DNA from: Planctomycetota bacterium
Lineage (GTDB): Bacteria; Planctomycetota; UBA8108; SXIK01
Assembly (NCBI GenBank): GCA_965223845.1
Contig: CBDCXR010000004.1
Location: 1,472,001 to 1,536,000 of the forward strand
DNA: 64,000 nucleotides
Reading direction: 5' to 3'
The notes beneath the pieces were generated by a model. That model was not told the DNA's origin and made no database searches. It saw only the letters and a program-made list of their open reading frames with translations. The translations under genes were made by a program, and so were the position numbers. Each line of letters begins with the position of its first letter. Positions within the stretch are counted from its first letter, which is position 1. Shown one piece after another: positions 10,028-22,100 of the stretch.

Positions 10028-10614
10028 CGCTTGTTCGCGCGGGCGATCTCCTCGGGGGCGTACTTCTGCAGCTTTCGCTGCAGCGATCGCCGATGGATGT
10101 TCAGCCGGCGCGCCGCTTCGCTGATGTTTCCGCCGCAATCGGAGAGTACGCGATGGATGTGTTCCCACTCCGCGCGCGCGAGCGTCGGCGCCTGGTACGT
10201 CTTCGGCGATGGCTCGAGCGCGGGCGTCTCGCCGCGCGCGAACGCCGAAATGATGTCGTCGACGTCGGCCGGCTTGGGGAGGTAGTTGGACGCGCCCAGC
10301 TTCACCGCGTCGACGGCGGTTGCGATGCTGCCGTACCCGGTGAGAACGAGGACCATCGTCGCGGAATCGATCTTCCGGAGGTCGCGGACGACCTCGAGCC
10401 CCGATTTTCCGGGCATCTTCAGGTCGACGACGGCGAACTCGGGCGAGTCCGCCTCGGCTTCGGCGATCGCCTCGTCGTAGGTGCTCGCGACGCGGACGTC
10501 GTATCCGCGGAGCTGAAACGAGCGGGCGAGACGATCGCGAAAGATTCGATCGTCGTCGACGAGCAGAATCGAGTGAGGATGGTCGTCGCTGCGGGTCTCT
10601 TCTGGGTCCGCCAT
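10018..10614 (-). CDS. regA: RegA/PrrA/ActR family response regulator
   Basis: Receiver motifs LLVDDD, VVDLKM, LTGYGSIATAV, YLPKP. Family HTH EWEHIHRVLSDCGGNISEAARRLNIHRRSLQRKL. Start placed at ATG 10614. Confidence 0.92.
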   Translation of the reverse strand: MADPEETRSDDHPHSILLVDDDRIFRDRLARSFQLRGYDVRVASTYDEAIAEAEADSPEFAVVDLKMPGKSGLEVVRDLRKIDSATMVLVLTGYGSIATAVDAVKLGASNYLPKPADVDDIISAFARGETPALEPSPKTYQAPTLARAEWEHIHRVLSDCGGNISEAARRLNIHRRSLQRKLQKYAPEEIARANKRTS

Positions 10615-10717
10615 CGCCTGAGCATCTCCCGGCCAGCCCCTGAGCGTAACGAGCCGCATCGCAGAGATCCAGCTCTTCTCACGTGCCGGCGCCGCGACAC
10701 TCGAGCGCAGTATCGAG

Positions 10718-12121
10718 CTAGCTCGCCTCAGGCTCGCGCTCGGTCGGGAGCGTGATCGTGACCGTCGTCCCGGTACCTACGGTCGACTCGAAGTCGAGCT
10801 CGCCGCCGAGTTTCTCGACGACGGTGCGGGTGAGAAAAAGGCCGAGGCCCATCCCACGGCCGGGATCCTTCGTCGTGAAGAACGGATTTCCCACGCGGCG
10901 GAGCATGTCGGAGTCCATGCCGGCCCCGCGATCCGTGACTTCGAAGACGACGCTCTCGCGGCGTCCGGAGCATGTGAGGTCGACGTGTGAATCGGGCGGC
11001 GCCGCGTCGAGAGCGTTCTTCACGATGGCCCGGAGTGCGCGCGAGAGCGGTCCGAGGGGCGCGAACAGCCGATGCTCGGTCGTCGTTTCGAGTCCGAAGA
11101 CGTGGACGCGCGTGCGATCGACGATGCCGTCGAGCACTTCCTCGACAAGATCGTCGATCGTCACGCGCACGAGCGTGTCGCCCGTCCCCTGGCCGGCCTC
11201 GGCGGCCATCTCATCGAGGATGGCGCGGCAGCGTCCGACCTCCGCGCGAATGAGTCGAGAGTCCTCGACGGCGTCGTCGAGGGGAGCGCCGCGTTCGAGC
11301 TGTACTTCGAGGTCCTTTGCGATGACCGCGATCGTCGAGAGTGGCGAAGCCAACTCGTGGGCCGCCCCGGCCGCGAGCGTCGCGAGTGCTTCGAGCTTTT
11401 CGCTGTGGGCGCGCTGTTGGCGCACGCCGCGGAGATCGTCTTCGCGCCGGGCGAGCTCGCTCGACACGCGGAGAATGAACGACACGACGATGAGGGCCGA
11501 CGCGCCGAACGCGACCACGGTGGCGATCAGATAGAGCCGGACGGGCGGGATGGGACCCTCGCGACCCGGCCATTCGAGCGTCATGGTCGTGATGTCGCCG
11601 AGAGCGGGCAGCGGCTGGTGAAAAAAGAAGAGGAGCGTGAAGCACGAAAATACGAGCACGCTTAGGGTGTAAGCCCAACGCTCTCGGAGTAGGACCGCGC
11701 CTAGCGTCAGATTGACGAGATAGAACACGCTGAACGGGTTGGTGGGGCCTCCCGAGAAGTAGAGAAGACCGGAGAGGAGGAGGACGTCGATCACCATGAT
11801 CGCAGTCATGATGCGAGTTTCGAGATCCCGAGTCTCGCCGGCCGGCCGGGTGAGCAGTCGGCGGCGAAACCAGACCAGGAAGCCAATGTTCGTCGCGGCT
11901 GCAAACACGATGAGCGACACCAGTTCCGCGAGAGGGAGCTCGACTCGAAACACGACCGCGGCGGTGAACACCGTCGCGATCTGACCGCACACGGCAGCCC
12001 AGCGGAGCTTGAGGAGCCACGCGAATGCGATGCGGTTCCGACTGAGGACGATGCCGGGCGGAAGTTTCGCGTCGGATGAGCGTTCGATCGGCGGGGGAGA
12101 TTCGAAATCGTCGCGGGTCAT
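10718..12121 (-). CDS. regB: RegB/PrrB/ActS family redox-sensing histidine kinase
   Basis: LRWAAVCGQ; about six TM helices; quinone-binding GGPTNPF; H-box [12 protein letters not shown]; conserved Cys in RCRAIL; HATPase boxes KNALDA, DRGAGM, NPFFTTK, GMGLGL. Start uncertain (ATG 12121 chosen). Confidence 0.9.
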   Translation of the reverse strand: MTRDDFESPPPIERSSDAKLPPGIVLSRNRIAFAWLLKLRWAAVCGQIATVFTAAVVFRVELPLAELVSLIVFAAATNIGFLVWFRRRLLTRPAGETRDLETRIMTAIMVIDVLLLSGLLYFSGGPTNPFSVFYLVNLTLGAVLLRERWAYTLSVLVFSCFTLLFFFHQPLPALGDITTMTLEWPGREGPIPPVRLYLIATVVAFGASALIVVSFILRVSSELARREDDLRGVRQQRAHSEKLEALATLAAGAAHELASPLSTIAVIAKDLEVQLERGAPLDDAVEDSRLIRAEVGRCRAILDEMAAEAGQGTGDTLVRVTIDDLVEEVLDGIVDRTRVHVFGLETTTEHRLFAPLGPLSRALRAIVKNALDAAPPDSHVDLTCSGRRESVVFEVTDRGAGMDSDMLRRVGNPFFTTKDPGRGMGLGLFLTRTVVEKLGGELDFESTVGTGTTVTITLPTEREPEAS

Positions 12122-12283
12122 TTCGGTCGGGGCGAACGGTTGGCCTGGGGACGGGGCGTTGAAAACAGCCTCTACAACCGGGGCGAGCGCTCGATGCGAT
12201 CGAGCGCCGCTCCCGGGAGGGGAACGATCACGATACTTAGGGTGCACCTCTCTCACGAGAGGCTTTCCGACCTTTGGAGCGGT

Positions 12284-12292
12284 TGCTACCAT
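12284..12292 (+). promoter_or_regulatory. Putative extended -10 promoter (TGC-TACCAT) for leuS
   Basis: TGnTACCAT about 105 bp upstream of the leuS ATG in the divergent intergenic region. Confidence 0.4.
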
Positions 12293-12397
12293 GTCGGGCT
12301 CGTTTCTCCCCAAGTGAGACACGCGGACGACCGATCACGAGACAGCGGGAGGCCGTCGGCCTCCGCGATTCAGCCCCTTCGGAGTGACAGAAAGACG

Positions 12398-15300
12398 ATG
12401 GCGCCAGCGAGCGAGAGGAACGGAGGCGATCCCGAGACCTCCTGGCGGTACTCGGCGACGCTCGCCACCCGCATCGAGTCGAAGTGGCAGGACCGCTGGG
12501 AAGCGGAGAAAACGTTCCACGCCCCGAATCCCGGCGAGCCGGGCTTCGACCCGGCGAAGCCGAAGCGGTTCATCATGGATATGTTTCCGTATCCATCGGG
12601 AGTCGGTCTCCACGTCGGACATCCGCTCGGATACATCGCGACCGACGTCTACGCTCGCTATCTCCGGATGCGCGGCTGCAACGTCCTCCATCCGATGGGA
12701 TTCGATGCCTTTGGCCTCCCGGCGGAGCAGTACGCGATCCAGACGGGTCAGCATCCGCGCGTCACGACCGACAGCAACATCGCGAACATGCGCGCGCAGA
12801 TGCGTCGTCTCGGCCTCGGCCACGACCCCGATCGATTCGTCGCCACCACGGACGTCGACTTCTACAAGTGGACCCAGTGGATTTTTCTCCAGATCTACGG
12901 CGCGTGGTACGACCGCGATGCGGATCGCGCTCGTCCGATCGCCGAGCTCGTCGCGGAGCTCGAATCGGGTGAGCGAGCCCCGGGAGACGAGGCAACGAAC
13001 CCGGCCGGAACTGCGTGGGCGAAGCTCACGGACGCCGAGCGGCGCGCGATTGTCGACAGCCACCGGCTCGCGTACGTCGCCGAGCTCCCAGTGAACTGGT
13101 GCCCAGAGCTCGGGACCGTGCTCGCGAACGAAGAGGTCACGGCCGAGGGTCGAAGCGAGCGCGGAGATTTCCCGGTCTACAAGCGTCCCCTCCGCCAGTG
13201 GATGATGCGCATCACGGCGTATTGCGAGCGGCTTCTCGCCGACCTCGAAGCGCTCGAGTGGCCCGAGCCGATCAAGCTCATGCAGCGGAACTGGATCGGG
13301 CGGAGCGAGGGGGCGGAGGTCGACTTTCTCGCCGAGGTCCCCGGCCGCGCCGTCGATTCGGACGGATGGTTCGAGGAACGAGCGGGATCCGAGTGGCGTT
13401 CGATGGCGCCCGACGAAGATCACGTCATTCGAGTGTTCACCACGCGCCCCGACACGCTCTACGGCGCGACCTACATGGTGCTCGCACCGGAGCATCCGCT
13501 TGTCGATCGACTCGTCGCGGACTCGTGGCCGAACGAATCGCCTGAGGTTTGGCGCGGACGCTTTCCCGGTCGACCGCAGGACGCCGATCCGCGCGCCCTC
13601 GTCCGCGCGTACCGCGAGTACGCCTCCGGTCGATCGGACGTCGAGCGCCAGGTCGAGACCAAAGAGAAGACTGGAGTCTTCCTCGGCGCCTACGCGATCA
13701 ATCCGGTCTCGCGCGTGCGCATTCCGATCTTCATCGCGGACTACGTCCTCATGGGGTACGGCACCGGTGCGATCATGGCAGTCCCTGCGCACGACGAGCG
13801 CGACTTCGAGTTCGCGACGCAGTTCGGACTCGAGACGCCGGTCGTGGTGTTGCCGCCGGAGTCTTGGCTTAGAGACGCCATCGCTCCGCAGCTCGCCGAG
13901 GCGGGAATTCACGTCGGCGACGTCGATACGCTCGCTTCGGCGTATCGAAATGCAGGTGATTCCGATCATCCGGAGGGACGAGCTTGCTCGCTCGCCGTCT
14001 TCTCGGGAGAGGGAACCGCGATCGCGTCCGAAGCGATCGAAGGCCTTCCGAGCGTGGAGGCCAAGCCGGCGATCACTCGTTGGCTCGAGGAGCGGGGTCT
14101 CGGCTGCGGCACGGTGAACTTTCGCCTCCGCGATTGGCTCTTCAGTCGCCAGCGTTACTGGGGAGAGCCGTTTCCGGTGCTCTTCGCCGACGATGACGGA
14201 AGCGTCCGCACGGTACCTGTCGAGGAGTTGCCGCTCGAGCTTCCAGAAATGGAAGACTACCGCCCGGCGGTGAACGCGGATCCGGACTCCGAACCGCAGC
14301 CGCCTCTCGGCCGCGCGAAGGAATGGGCGCGCGTCGAAATCGACGGGCGATCGTATTCGCGCGAGCTGAACACGATGCCGAACTGGGCCGGCTCCTGCTG
14401 GTACTACCTAAGGTATCTCGACCCGCGGAACGATGACGCCCTCGCGGGGTCGAACGTCGAGTCCTACTGGATGCTGCGCGCGAAGGAGGGAGAGGATCGT
14501 CCGGAGCGCTACGACCCGGAAACGGCGAGGCTCGGCGGCGTCGACCTCTACGTCGGCGGCGCGGAGCACGCGGTTCTCCACCTCCTCTACGCGCGCTTCT
14601 GGCACAAGGTCCTGTTCGATCTCGGGCACGTTTCGACTCCCGAGCCGTTTCACCGGCTCTTCAACCAAGGGTACGTGCAGGCTGCGGCCTACAAGGACGC
14701 GCGCGGCGTCTACGTCGAGGCGTCGCGAGTCGAGGAGAAGGACGACGAGTTCTTCTTCGCCGGCGAACCCGTGACGCGAGAGTTCGGGAAGATGGGAAAG
14801 AGCCTCAAGAACGCGGTCACGCCGGACGAGATCTGTGCGGAGTACGGCGCCGATACGCTCCGCCTCTACGAGATGGCGATGGGGCCGCTCGAGATGTCGA
14901 AGCCGTGGAACACGCGCGATATCATCGGCGTCCATCGTTTCCTGCAGCGGCTCTGGCGAAACCTCGTCGACGAGCGAACGGGTCGCCTCCTCGTCTCGCA
15001 CGAACCTCCGAGCGACGAGCTGCGGCGCGCGCTTCACAAGACGATCGACGGGGTCACTCGCGACATGGAGGCGCTCGGGTTCAACACGGCGATCGCCAAG
15101 CTGATCGAACTCAACAACCAGCTCGTCTCACTCGAGGCCGTCCCGAGTGAAGTCGCCTACGCCCTCGTGAAGATGATCGCTCCGCTCGCGCCGCACTTCG
15201 CCGAAGAACTCTGGGAGAAGCTCGAGCACAGTGAAACGATCGCGTACGAACCGTACCCGGAATTCGATCCCGCGCTTCTCATCGAGGATCGGATCGAGAT

Positions 15301-15475
15301 TCCGGTGCAGGTAAACGGCAAGGTGCGGGCCAAGATCGAGATTCCGTCGAACGCGGAACGAGGCGACTATGAATCCTTCGCGCGCGGAGACGAAAAGGTC
15401 GCGGCGCTCCTCGACGGAAAGACGGTTCGCAAGGTCATCGCAGTTCCGGGGAAACTGGTGAACTTTGTCATCTAG
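12398..15475 (+). CDS. leuS: Leucine--tRNA ligase
   Basis: [15 protein letters not shown] (HIGH), [12 protein letters not shown]1 editing motifs VFTTRPDT and [33 protein letters not shown] (KMSKS variant), C-terminal VQVNGK. Confidence 0.98.
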   Translation: MAPASERNGGDPETSWRYSATLATRIESKWQDRWEAEKTFHAPNPGEPGFDPAKPKRFIMDMFPYPSGVGLHVGHPLGYIATDVYARYLRMRGCNVLHPMGFDAFGLPAEQYAIQTGQHPRVTTDSNIANMRAQMRRLGLGHDPDRFVATTDVDFYKWTQWIFLQIYGAWYDRDADRARPIAELVAELESGERAPGDEATNPAGTAWAKLTDAERRAIVDSHRLAYVAELPVNWCPELGTVLANEEVTAEGRSERGDFPVYKRPLRQWMMRITAYCERLLADLEALEWPEPIKLMQRNWIGRSEGAEVDFLAEVPGRAVDSDGWFEERAGSEWRSMAPDEDHVIRVFTTRPDTLYGATYMVLAPEHPLVDRLVADSWPNESPEVWRGRFPGRPQDADPRALVRAYREYASGRSDVERQVETKEKTGVFLGAYAINPVSRVRIPIFIADYVLMGYGTGAIMAVPAHDERDFEFATQFGLETPVVVLPPESWLRDAIAPQLAEAGIHVGDVDTLASAYRNAGDSDHPEGRACSLAVFSGEGTAIASEAIEGLPSVEAKPAITRWLEERGLGCGTVNFRLRDWLFSRQRYWGEPFPVLFADDDGSVRTVPVEELPLELPEMEDYRPAVNADPDSEPQPPLGRAKEWARVEIDGRSYSRELNTMPNWAGSCWYYLRYLDPRNDDALAGSNVESYWMLRAKEGEDRPERYDPETARLGGVDLYVGGAEHAVLHLLYARFWHKVLFDLGHVSTPEPFHRLFNQGYVQAAAYKDARGVYVEASRVEEKDDEFFFAGEPVTREFGKMGKSLKNAVTPDEICAEYGADTLRLYEMAMGPLEMSKPWNTRDIIGVHRFLQRLWRNLVDERTGRLLVSHEPPSDELRRALHKTIDGVTRDMEALGFNTAIAKLIELNNQLVSLEAVPSEVAYALVKMIAPLAPHFAEELWEKLEHSETIAYEPYPEFDPALLIEDRIEIPVQVNGKVRAKIEIPSNAERGDYESFARGDEKVAALLDGKTVRKVIAVPGKLVNFVI

Positions 15476-15583
15476 ACCGGGCGTTGTGTGAATCGGGCGC
15501 ACGAGGAGCTCGCTCGACGACATCGTCGAAGGAATCGATTGCGGCACCGGCTCGGTCCGGTGTGGATAAAAGGAGGGTAGATC

Positions 15584-17752
15584 TTGAACTCACGAAACTG
15601 CGCGGTTCTAGGCGCCGCGTCCCGCTCGCTGTTTGGATCGTTCTCGTTTGGGTTCGTTCTCTGTGCGCTTCTCGCGCTGGGAAGCGAATCGTTTGGCGCA
15701 GTTCAGTCGCTTTCTCTCGTGAAGTTCCGCGATGACTTCAGCGCCGGCGAGAAGGCTCGACTTCTCCGCGACGCCTACGAAATCGCCGCGAGAGACGAGC
15801 GAGTCCTGGGATTCCAGTGGGGGACGAACAACAGCCCCGAGGGGTTGACGAAGGGATTCACCCACGGCTTCGTCGTGACGTACGCCAGCGCCGAGGCGCG
15901 CGCGGAGTACCTCGAGAGCGACGCGTTCCAGGCCGTGGCCGGCAAGCTCGAGGAGGGGATCGCCGATCTCTTCTCCTTCTCATTCGAAGTCGAGGAGGCA
16001 CCGCCGGCGGCGGAGGTCGGCCGCGTCCATCACCTGGTGTTTTTTCGCTTCAAGGAGGACGCCGAAGCGGCCGCCGTTCAGGGCGTCGTCGACGCGTTCG
16101 CCACCTTGCCGCAGAAGATCTCCGGCCTCCTCCGCTACCAAGCCGGAACGAACGTGGGCTCGACCGAGCTCGCTCGCGGATTTACGCACGCGTTCCTACT
16201 CACCTTCGTGAACGAGCGGGCGCGAAACGATTACCTGCCGCATCCTGCGCACAAGGCGTTCGTCTCTGTGGTGGGTCCGGTCCTCGCCGAACCCCTCGTC
16301 GTCGACTTCACCGTCACGCCTGCGGATCGCTCCCTCTTCGTGACGAGCGGGCTCGAACCCTACCGCGTGTATCAACGTTCGGCAGACGGGACCGCGTCGA
16401 TCGAGTTCGGAGGCGTGTGCTCCGCGGACGGCAAGATCGAGGCGCGTCTCCGCGGTGGACGGCGAACCGTTCCGGGCTTTGACTGGCGCGAAGTCGGAGC
16501 GGCGGTGGATGGAGCGTTCACGGCCGTTCTCGCCGAAGTCCCGACTGGCGGTGAGTACACGGTCGAAGTTCGGCGGCGGGATCGATTCGGAAACATCGCT
16601 GCGCACACCGAAGTCGCCAATGTTTTGGTCGGGGACCTCTGGATTCTCGCCGGGCAGTCGAACATGGAAGGCGTCGGCGACCTCGATGGCGTTACGGAGT
16701 CAAGCCCGCTCGTTCACTGCTTCACCATGGCCCACCGCTGGGAGATCGCGCGCGAGCCGCTTCACTGGCTCGTCGATTCTCCGGATCCCGTTCACAGCCA
16801 TCACTGGCTTCGCGATCTCGACGAAGCCGGACGGCGGAAGAAGCGTGCCGAGGTGCGCCGCCACCGGAGAAAGGGGGCCGGTCTCGGACTTCCCTTCGCC
16901 GTCGAGCTCGTCCGTAGAACGGGCGTTCCCATCGGACTGATCGCTTCGGCTCACGGCGGAACGTCGATGACGCAGTGGGATCCCACCCGGCGCGACGACG
17001 GCGGATCGTCTCTCTACGGCTCGATGTTCAAGCAGGTGAAGAACGCGGGCGGCGCCGTCAAAGGAGTCCTTTGGTACCAGGGGGAGTCGGACGCGCTCGA
17101 TCCCGCGGCGGTACCGCTTTTTGAGGAGCGGTTTGAGAAGCTCGTCGCCGCGTTTCGGCGCGACTTCGAGCAGCCGGAGCTTCCGTTCTACAGCGTGCAG
17201 CTCGGTCGCTTCGTCGTTTTGCGCGACTCCGGCGACGATTGGAACCGCGTGCAGGATTCCCAGCGCATCCTGGCCACGAGGATTCCTCACACGGCAGTCG
17301 TCGCGGCGGTCGATCTGCCACTCGATGACCTCATTCATATCGGGACGGACGGACTCAAGAGGCTCGGCAGGCGACTCGCGCTTACGGCCCACCGAAATTT
17401 GTACGGCGGCGCTGGGATCGAAAGCGGCCCGCAATTGGCGAAGGTCTCTGCCGGTCCGCGCGGTTTCAGCGTACGCGTCGAGTACTCGGGCGTGAACGGT
17501 CGATTGACGCCCGAGCGAAAGATCGACGGTTTTTCCCTCCACGCGAAGGACGGAAAGGATCTCAAGCTGATCTACCGCGCGAGCGTCGATCCGAGCGACG
17601 GGAACACGGTCGTGTTGAAGCTGCGTTCGAAACTCGGCGAGGAGACGTACCTTCGCTACGGGGCCGGACTCGACCCGGTGTGCACCCTCGCCGACGAGAG
17701 CGACATGTCCGCTCCGGTCTTCGGCCCGATTCGAGTCGGGCCGTCGAACTGA
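15584..17752 (+). CDS. Secreted protein with two Dabb (stress-responsive A/B barrel) domains and a sialate O-acetylesterase (SGNH) domain
   Basis: Signal peptide. Dabb motifs WGTNNSPEGLTKGFTHGF and GFTHAFLLTF…YLPHPAH. SGNH esterase motifs LAGQSNMEG, HGGTS, WYQGESD, DLIH. Confidence 0.8.
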   Translation: MNSRNCAVLGAASRSLFGSFSFGFVLCALLALGSESFGAVQSLSLVKFRDDFSAGEKARLLRDAYEIAARDERVLGFQWGTNNSPEGLTKGFTHGFVVTYASAEARAEYLESDAFQAVAGKLEEGIADLFSFSFEVEEAPPAAEVGRVHHLVFFRFKEDAEAAAVQGVVDAFATLPQKISGLLRYQAGTNVGSTELARGFTHAFLLTFVNERARNDYLPHPAHKAFVSVVGPVLAEPLVVDFTVTPADRSLFVTSGLEPYRVYQRSADGTASIEFGGVCSADGKIEARLRGGRRTVPGFDWREVGAAVDGAFTAVLAEVPTGGEYTVEVRRRDRFGNIAAHTEVANVLVGDLWILAGQSNMEGVGDLDGVTESSPLVHCFTMAHRWEIAREPLHWLVDSPDPVHSHHWLRDLDEAGRRKKRAEVRRHRRKGAGLGLPFAVELVRRTGVPIGLIASAHGGTSMTQWDPTRRDDGGSSLYGSMFKQVKNAGGAVKGVLWYQGESDALDPAAVPLFEERFEKLVAAFRRDFEQPELPFYSVQLGRFVVLRDSGDDWNRVQDSQRILATRIPHTAVVAAVDLPLDDLIHIGTDGLKRLGRRLALTAHRNLYGGAGIESGPQLAKVSAGPRGFSVRVEYSGVNGRLTPERKIDGFSLHAKDGKDLKLIYRASVDPSDGNTVVLKLRSKLGEETYLRYGAGLDPVCTLADESDMSAPVFGPIRVGPSN

Positions 17753-17798
17753 CGGTCCCCGGCTCTCGAATGAGCCGAACGGGACGAACGAGCTGGAG

Positions 17799-17848
17799 CC
17801 CGCAGGTTCATCGCCCGCTCCGATAAAGCGCGTCGATGAACCTGCGGG
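17799..17848. terminator. Intergenic stem-loop (terminator or mRNA-stabilising hairpin)
   Basis: Perfect 15-bp inverted repeat CCCGCAGGTTCATCG / CGATGAACCTGCGGG with a 20-nt loop. No U-tract, so the function is uncertain. Confidence 0.45.
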
Positions 17849-17960
17849 ACTCCGCCGAGCTGGGAATTCTCGCGTCGTTTCCCATCCGCTCGTCGCGTGC
17901 GATCGCTCTCTCCTATCGGAGAACAGCTTCCGCGTGCGTCCGGCCGAAACTCTAAGAGAC

Positions 17961-18821
17961 ATGCAAGCCATCATCACCGCGGTCGGACCCGACAACGTTC
18001 GGTTGGCCGATCCGATCGTTCACTACGTAACCAACGCCGGCGCGAACATCCGCGAGATCCAGATGTACGATCGCGACGATGAACGCGTCTTCGCGATGAT
18101 GTTGCGTCTGTGGATCGACACGGTGACGCTCGACGACTTGCGTGAGGGGCTCGATCGAATCGCGGCCGACACCGGTCTTTCGATCCGCGCCTGGGCCCGC
18201 GGCACCGACCCCGCGCGCCTCGCGATTTGTACTACGTATCGCCAAGAGCCGGTCCGAGCCGTACTCGACGCGATTCGAGTCGGACGACTCGACGCGGTCC
18301 CGGCCGTTCTCATCGGGAATCGGCCGCAGTGCGAATCCGTCGCGAAGGAATTCGGCGTTCCGTGGGAGTGCGTCGGCGACGACCGAGGCGAAGTCGACAA
18401 TCTTCGCATGGTCGAGCTCTTCGACGAGCACCGCGTCGACTACATCGTGCTTGCGCGCTACATGCGCGTCTTGCCGGCGGCGACGTGCTGGCAGTTCGCG
18501 GGGGGGCGCATCATCAACCTCCACCACGGACTGCTGCCGCCGTTTCCGGGGCTACGTCCGTATCGCGACGCCTTTGCGAGTCGCATGCTGACCTACGGCG
18601 CGACGGTTCATTTCATCGTGCCGGAGCTCGACGCGGGAAATCAGATCATCCACCAGTCGGCGTTCAGCGTAGCCCCGGGGACATCGCTCGAGGACATCCG
18701 CGCGCGCGGGCAAGTCGAGCACGAACCGGGCTGCCTCGTCGAAGGACTTCGCCGTGTGCTCGACCGCGAGGTGGAGCTCCACTTCCATCGCGTCGTCGCG
18801 GCGGACCGAACCGGCGACTGA
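17961..18821 (+). CDS. purU: Formyltetrahydrofolate deformylase
   Basis: N-terminal ACT domain (GPDNVRL…GANI). Formyltransferase motifs VLARYMRVL, IINLHHGLLPPF, GATVHF, ELDAG. Confidence 0.85.
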   Translation: MQAIITAVGPDNVRLADPIVHYVTNAGANIREIQMYDRDDERVFAMMLRLWIDTVTLDDLREGLDRIAADTGLSIRAWARGTDPARLAICTTYRQEPVRAVLDAIRVGRLDAVPAVLIGNRPQCESVAKEFGVPWECVGDDRGEVDNLRMVELFDEHRVDYIVLARYMRVLPAATCWQFAGGRIINLHHGLLPPFPGLRPYRDAFASRMLTYGATVHFIVPELDAGNQIIHQSAFSVAPGTSLEDIRARGQVEHEPGCLVEGLRRVLDREVELHFHRVVAADRTGD

Positions 18822-19134
18822 ACCTGTCGGCACCGGAGAACCTCGTGGGGCGCGCGAAGACGCTCTGCGGCGGTTCTCGTAAGCGTTTCCGCGTGGACGA
18901 CTTTCGACGCTCGGTTCGGCTCGGGTTCGTGCTCGAAGCGTGCGCCGATTGGTCGCGGGCGTTGCCGCCCCCGGAGTGCCGCTTCCTCACCGTTTCTCCC
19001 GCGCTTTCCGGGTAGAATGGAGCGCGGTCCGTTCGACCGATCGGACGACGCCGAGCTGGACCCGGTTCGGCGATCACACCCGGGGGAGGCGCGTGGGTAC
19101 GGGGCGTAAGCCGCGCCCATTCGAGATTCCCTCC

Positions 19135-22100
19135 ATGACGCCTCGTCTCTCCGACATCCCTCTTCCTCCCGCGACTCGTGATTCGCGCTGTCTTCTCCGC
19201 GCGGTCACGCTCGCGTTCGCCACGCTCGGTCTCCCGGCGGTCGCGTCGGCGTTCAAGGTGGTGATCAACGAGATTCACTACCACCCTTCGAGCGGGGGAT
19301 CGTCGAGAGAGTTCGTCGAGATCTACAACTTCGACTCGGACGAAGTCGAGCTCTCCGGCGCTTTTCTCCGCGGTGGAATCGACTACGTCTTTCCTCACGG
19401 GACGGTGGTTCCGGCCGGCGGCTACGTGCTCCTCGCGAACGACCGAGATGCGCTCGCGGAGGCCTACGGGCTCGCGGCGGATGCGGTTTTCGGTCAGTTT
19501 GCGGGAAATCTATCGAACGACGGCGAGCGCGTGGAGCTGCTCAGTCGCGATGGGTACCTGATTTCGTTCGTCGAGTTCGACGATTCCTCGCCTTGGCCGG
19601 AGACCGCCGACGGGCTGGGGCCAACGCTCGAGCGGGTTTCGCCCATCCGCGAGGAAGCGGACGCACTCGCGTGGGCGGCGTCGATCGTGCCCGGAGGAAC
19701 CCCGGGTGGACCGAACTCGGCGGCGGTCGCGGAGCCATCCGGTCCCGCGGACACGGACGACATCATCGCACCGGGCGCGGACTGGAGATTCTTCCGCGGC
19801 GAGAGCGAACCGCCGGCCGACTGGAACGAGATCGAGTTCGACGACGCGGCGTGGGAGCTCGGTCCGGCGGGATTCGGTTTCGACGATGGTGACGACGCGA
19901 CGATTCTCGACGACATGCAGGGGAACTACACCACCGTCTACGTGCGTCGCGAGTTCCTCATCGAGGATCCGAGCCGAGTCCAAGCGCTTCGTTTCGAGAT
20001 TTCGTTCGACGATGGGTACGTCGCGTACTTAAACGGCGTGGAGATCGGTCGAGAGAACGCTCCGGGACCGACGGGTTCGTTCGTCGCGCACGATGACATC
20101 GCTTCGGAGGGGACGGTGCCCGCTCTCGTCGACATCGTCGATCTCGGCGGTCGTCTCGATCTCCTCGAGACGGGCCCGAACGTGCTCAGCGCCATCGGTC
20201 TCAACCGCAGCGTGCAGAGCGGAGACTTCTCGCTTCACCCGCAGCTCGAAGGAACGATCGCACCGGACGATCCGGACCCGCCGCCGGAGGCCCTCACACG
20301 GCCGCGGCGCGACGTCGTGATCAACGAGATCGCTCCGGAAGGAAACGGGGACGGCTGGGTCGAGCTCTACAACCCAGGACCCGACGCGGTGGATGTTTCG
20401 GGTCGCCGACTCCGGGTGTTTCCGGCGTCGCAGGGCGACTACGCTCTCCCCGCCGACGCGATCATTCCGCCGAACGAGACGCTCGTCGTCGACGAAGCCG
20501 CGCTCGGCTTCGAGCTCGAGTTCATCACCGTGCTCATGTTCACGACGAGCGCGGGAGCGTGGATCGACGCCCTGAATCCGTTCAATACCGGGCCGGGGCA
20601 GTCGACTGGGCGTTACCCCGACGGCGACGGGAACCGCTATCTCTTCTCGGCGCACTCGCGCGACGCGGCGAACATGACCGATCCCGAGCGGAGAGTCGTC
20701 ATCAACGAGATTCAGTACCATCCGAGCGACATGGATGCGGGTGGCGAGTGGATCGAGTTCTTCAATCGATCGGACGAGGCCGTGGATCTTTCGGGGTGGG
20801 CGATCGCGCGTGGAATCAATTACTCGTTTCTGCCGGGCACGGAGATCGCCGCGGGAGACTATCTCGTCGTCGCGTCCGATCCGGCGGCCGTCGAAGCGAA
20901 GCACGAGATCGCGGGCGTGCTCGGGCCGTACACCGGGCGCCTCGACAACGACGCCGAGACGGTGATCCTGCGCGACTTCCTCGGCAACGTCGCTGATCGC
21001 GTGCGCTTTGCCGACGAGGGGTCGTGGCCGCCGGAACCAGACGGGCTCGGACCTTCCGCGGAGCTCGTCCATCCCGACCTCGACAATCGCTACGGACCCG
21101 CGTGGCGAGCGAGCGACGGCGAGGGGACACCGGGAGCGGTGAACTCGCGTCTCGCCGCCGATCCCACGCCGATCGTCGCAGGAGTCCGGCACGCACCCGC
21201 GGTGCCGACCCCCGACGACTCCGTTCGCGTGCTCGCATCGGTCTCGGACGACCAAGCCGTCACCGAGGCGACCCTCTTCTATGAGGTCGACCGCGGGCCC
21301 GGGCCGTTTTCCGTCGACATGGAGGACGACGGGGTGGCCGACGACGGCATCGCCGGGAACGGGATCTTCGGCGCGACGATTCCCCCGTTCGGCGATCGAG
21401 CGATCATCGCGTTTTGGATCCGGGCCCGAGCCGACGGCGGGCAAGAGACGACGGTACCGAACGGCGCGCCGCGACCTTCATTTCTTTATCAGGTCGAGTC
21501 TCCCGAGAGTGCGCGAGTCCGTCCCCTCTACCGCGTCGTCATGCGCGACTCCGACCTCGACGAGCTCGAGAGTCGAAGCGTGAATAGCAATGTCCTCCTC
21601 GATGCGACCTTCGTCGCGGCGGGCGAGGCCTACTACAACCGAGGAATCCGCTACCGTGGGAGCTCGGCCCGATCCTGTGACCCCCTCAGTTACCGCATCC
21701 AGTTCGATCACGACCGATCGTTCCACGGCATCAAGCGTCTCAACTTGAACGGTTGCAATCGTCAGCGCCAATGGATCGGACTCGACTTCCTTCGTCGAAC
21801 GGGTGTGCCAACGCCGCAGTCATGGTTTCGCGTTCTGTCGCTCAACGGTGAGCGGGAGACGCGCGCGCATCTCCGCGTCGAGGCGATCGACGACTCTTTT
21901 CTGACGCGCACGATGCCGTTCGACGACGATGGCAATCTCTATCGCGGCGTGTCTCGCGCGAATTTCGACTACCGGGGCGAGGATCCCGACGACTACCGCC
22001 AGCACTTTCAAAAGCGGACGAACGAAGCGCTCGACGACTATTCGGACGTCATCGATATTTGCGACCGGATGACGAACTCGTCCGATGAGGAGTTTCCCGC

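Noticed and set aside
12234-12250. ACTTAGGGTGCACC upstream of leuS resembling a T-box
   Set aside because: It lacks the required UGGN bulge (GGTGGNACC), has no recognisable stem I or terminator, and lies upstream of the likely leuS -10.
17745-17870. Possible ZTP (pfl) riboswitch upstream of purU (AACTGACGG … GCCGAGCTGGG)
   Set aside because: The GTGG…CCAC stem and the proper 3' CGCCTGGGC element are absent, and the 5' match overlaps the previous stop codon.
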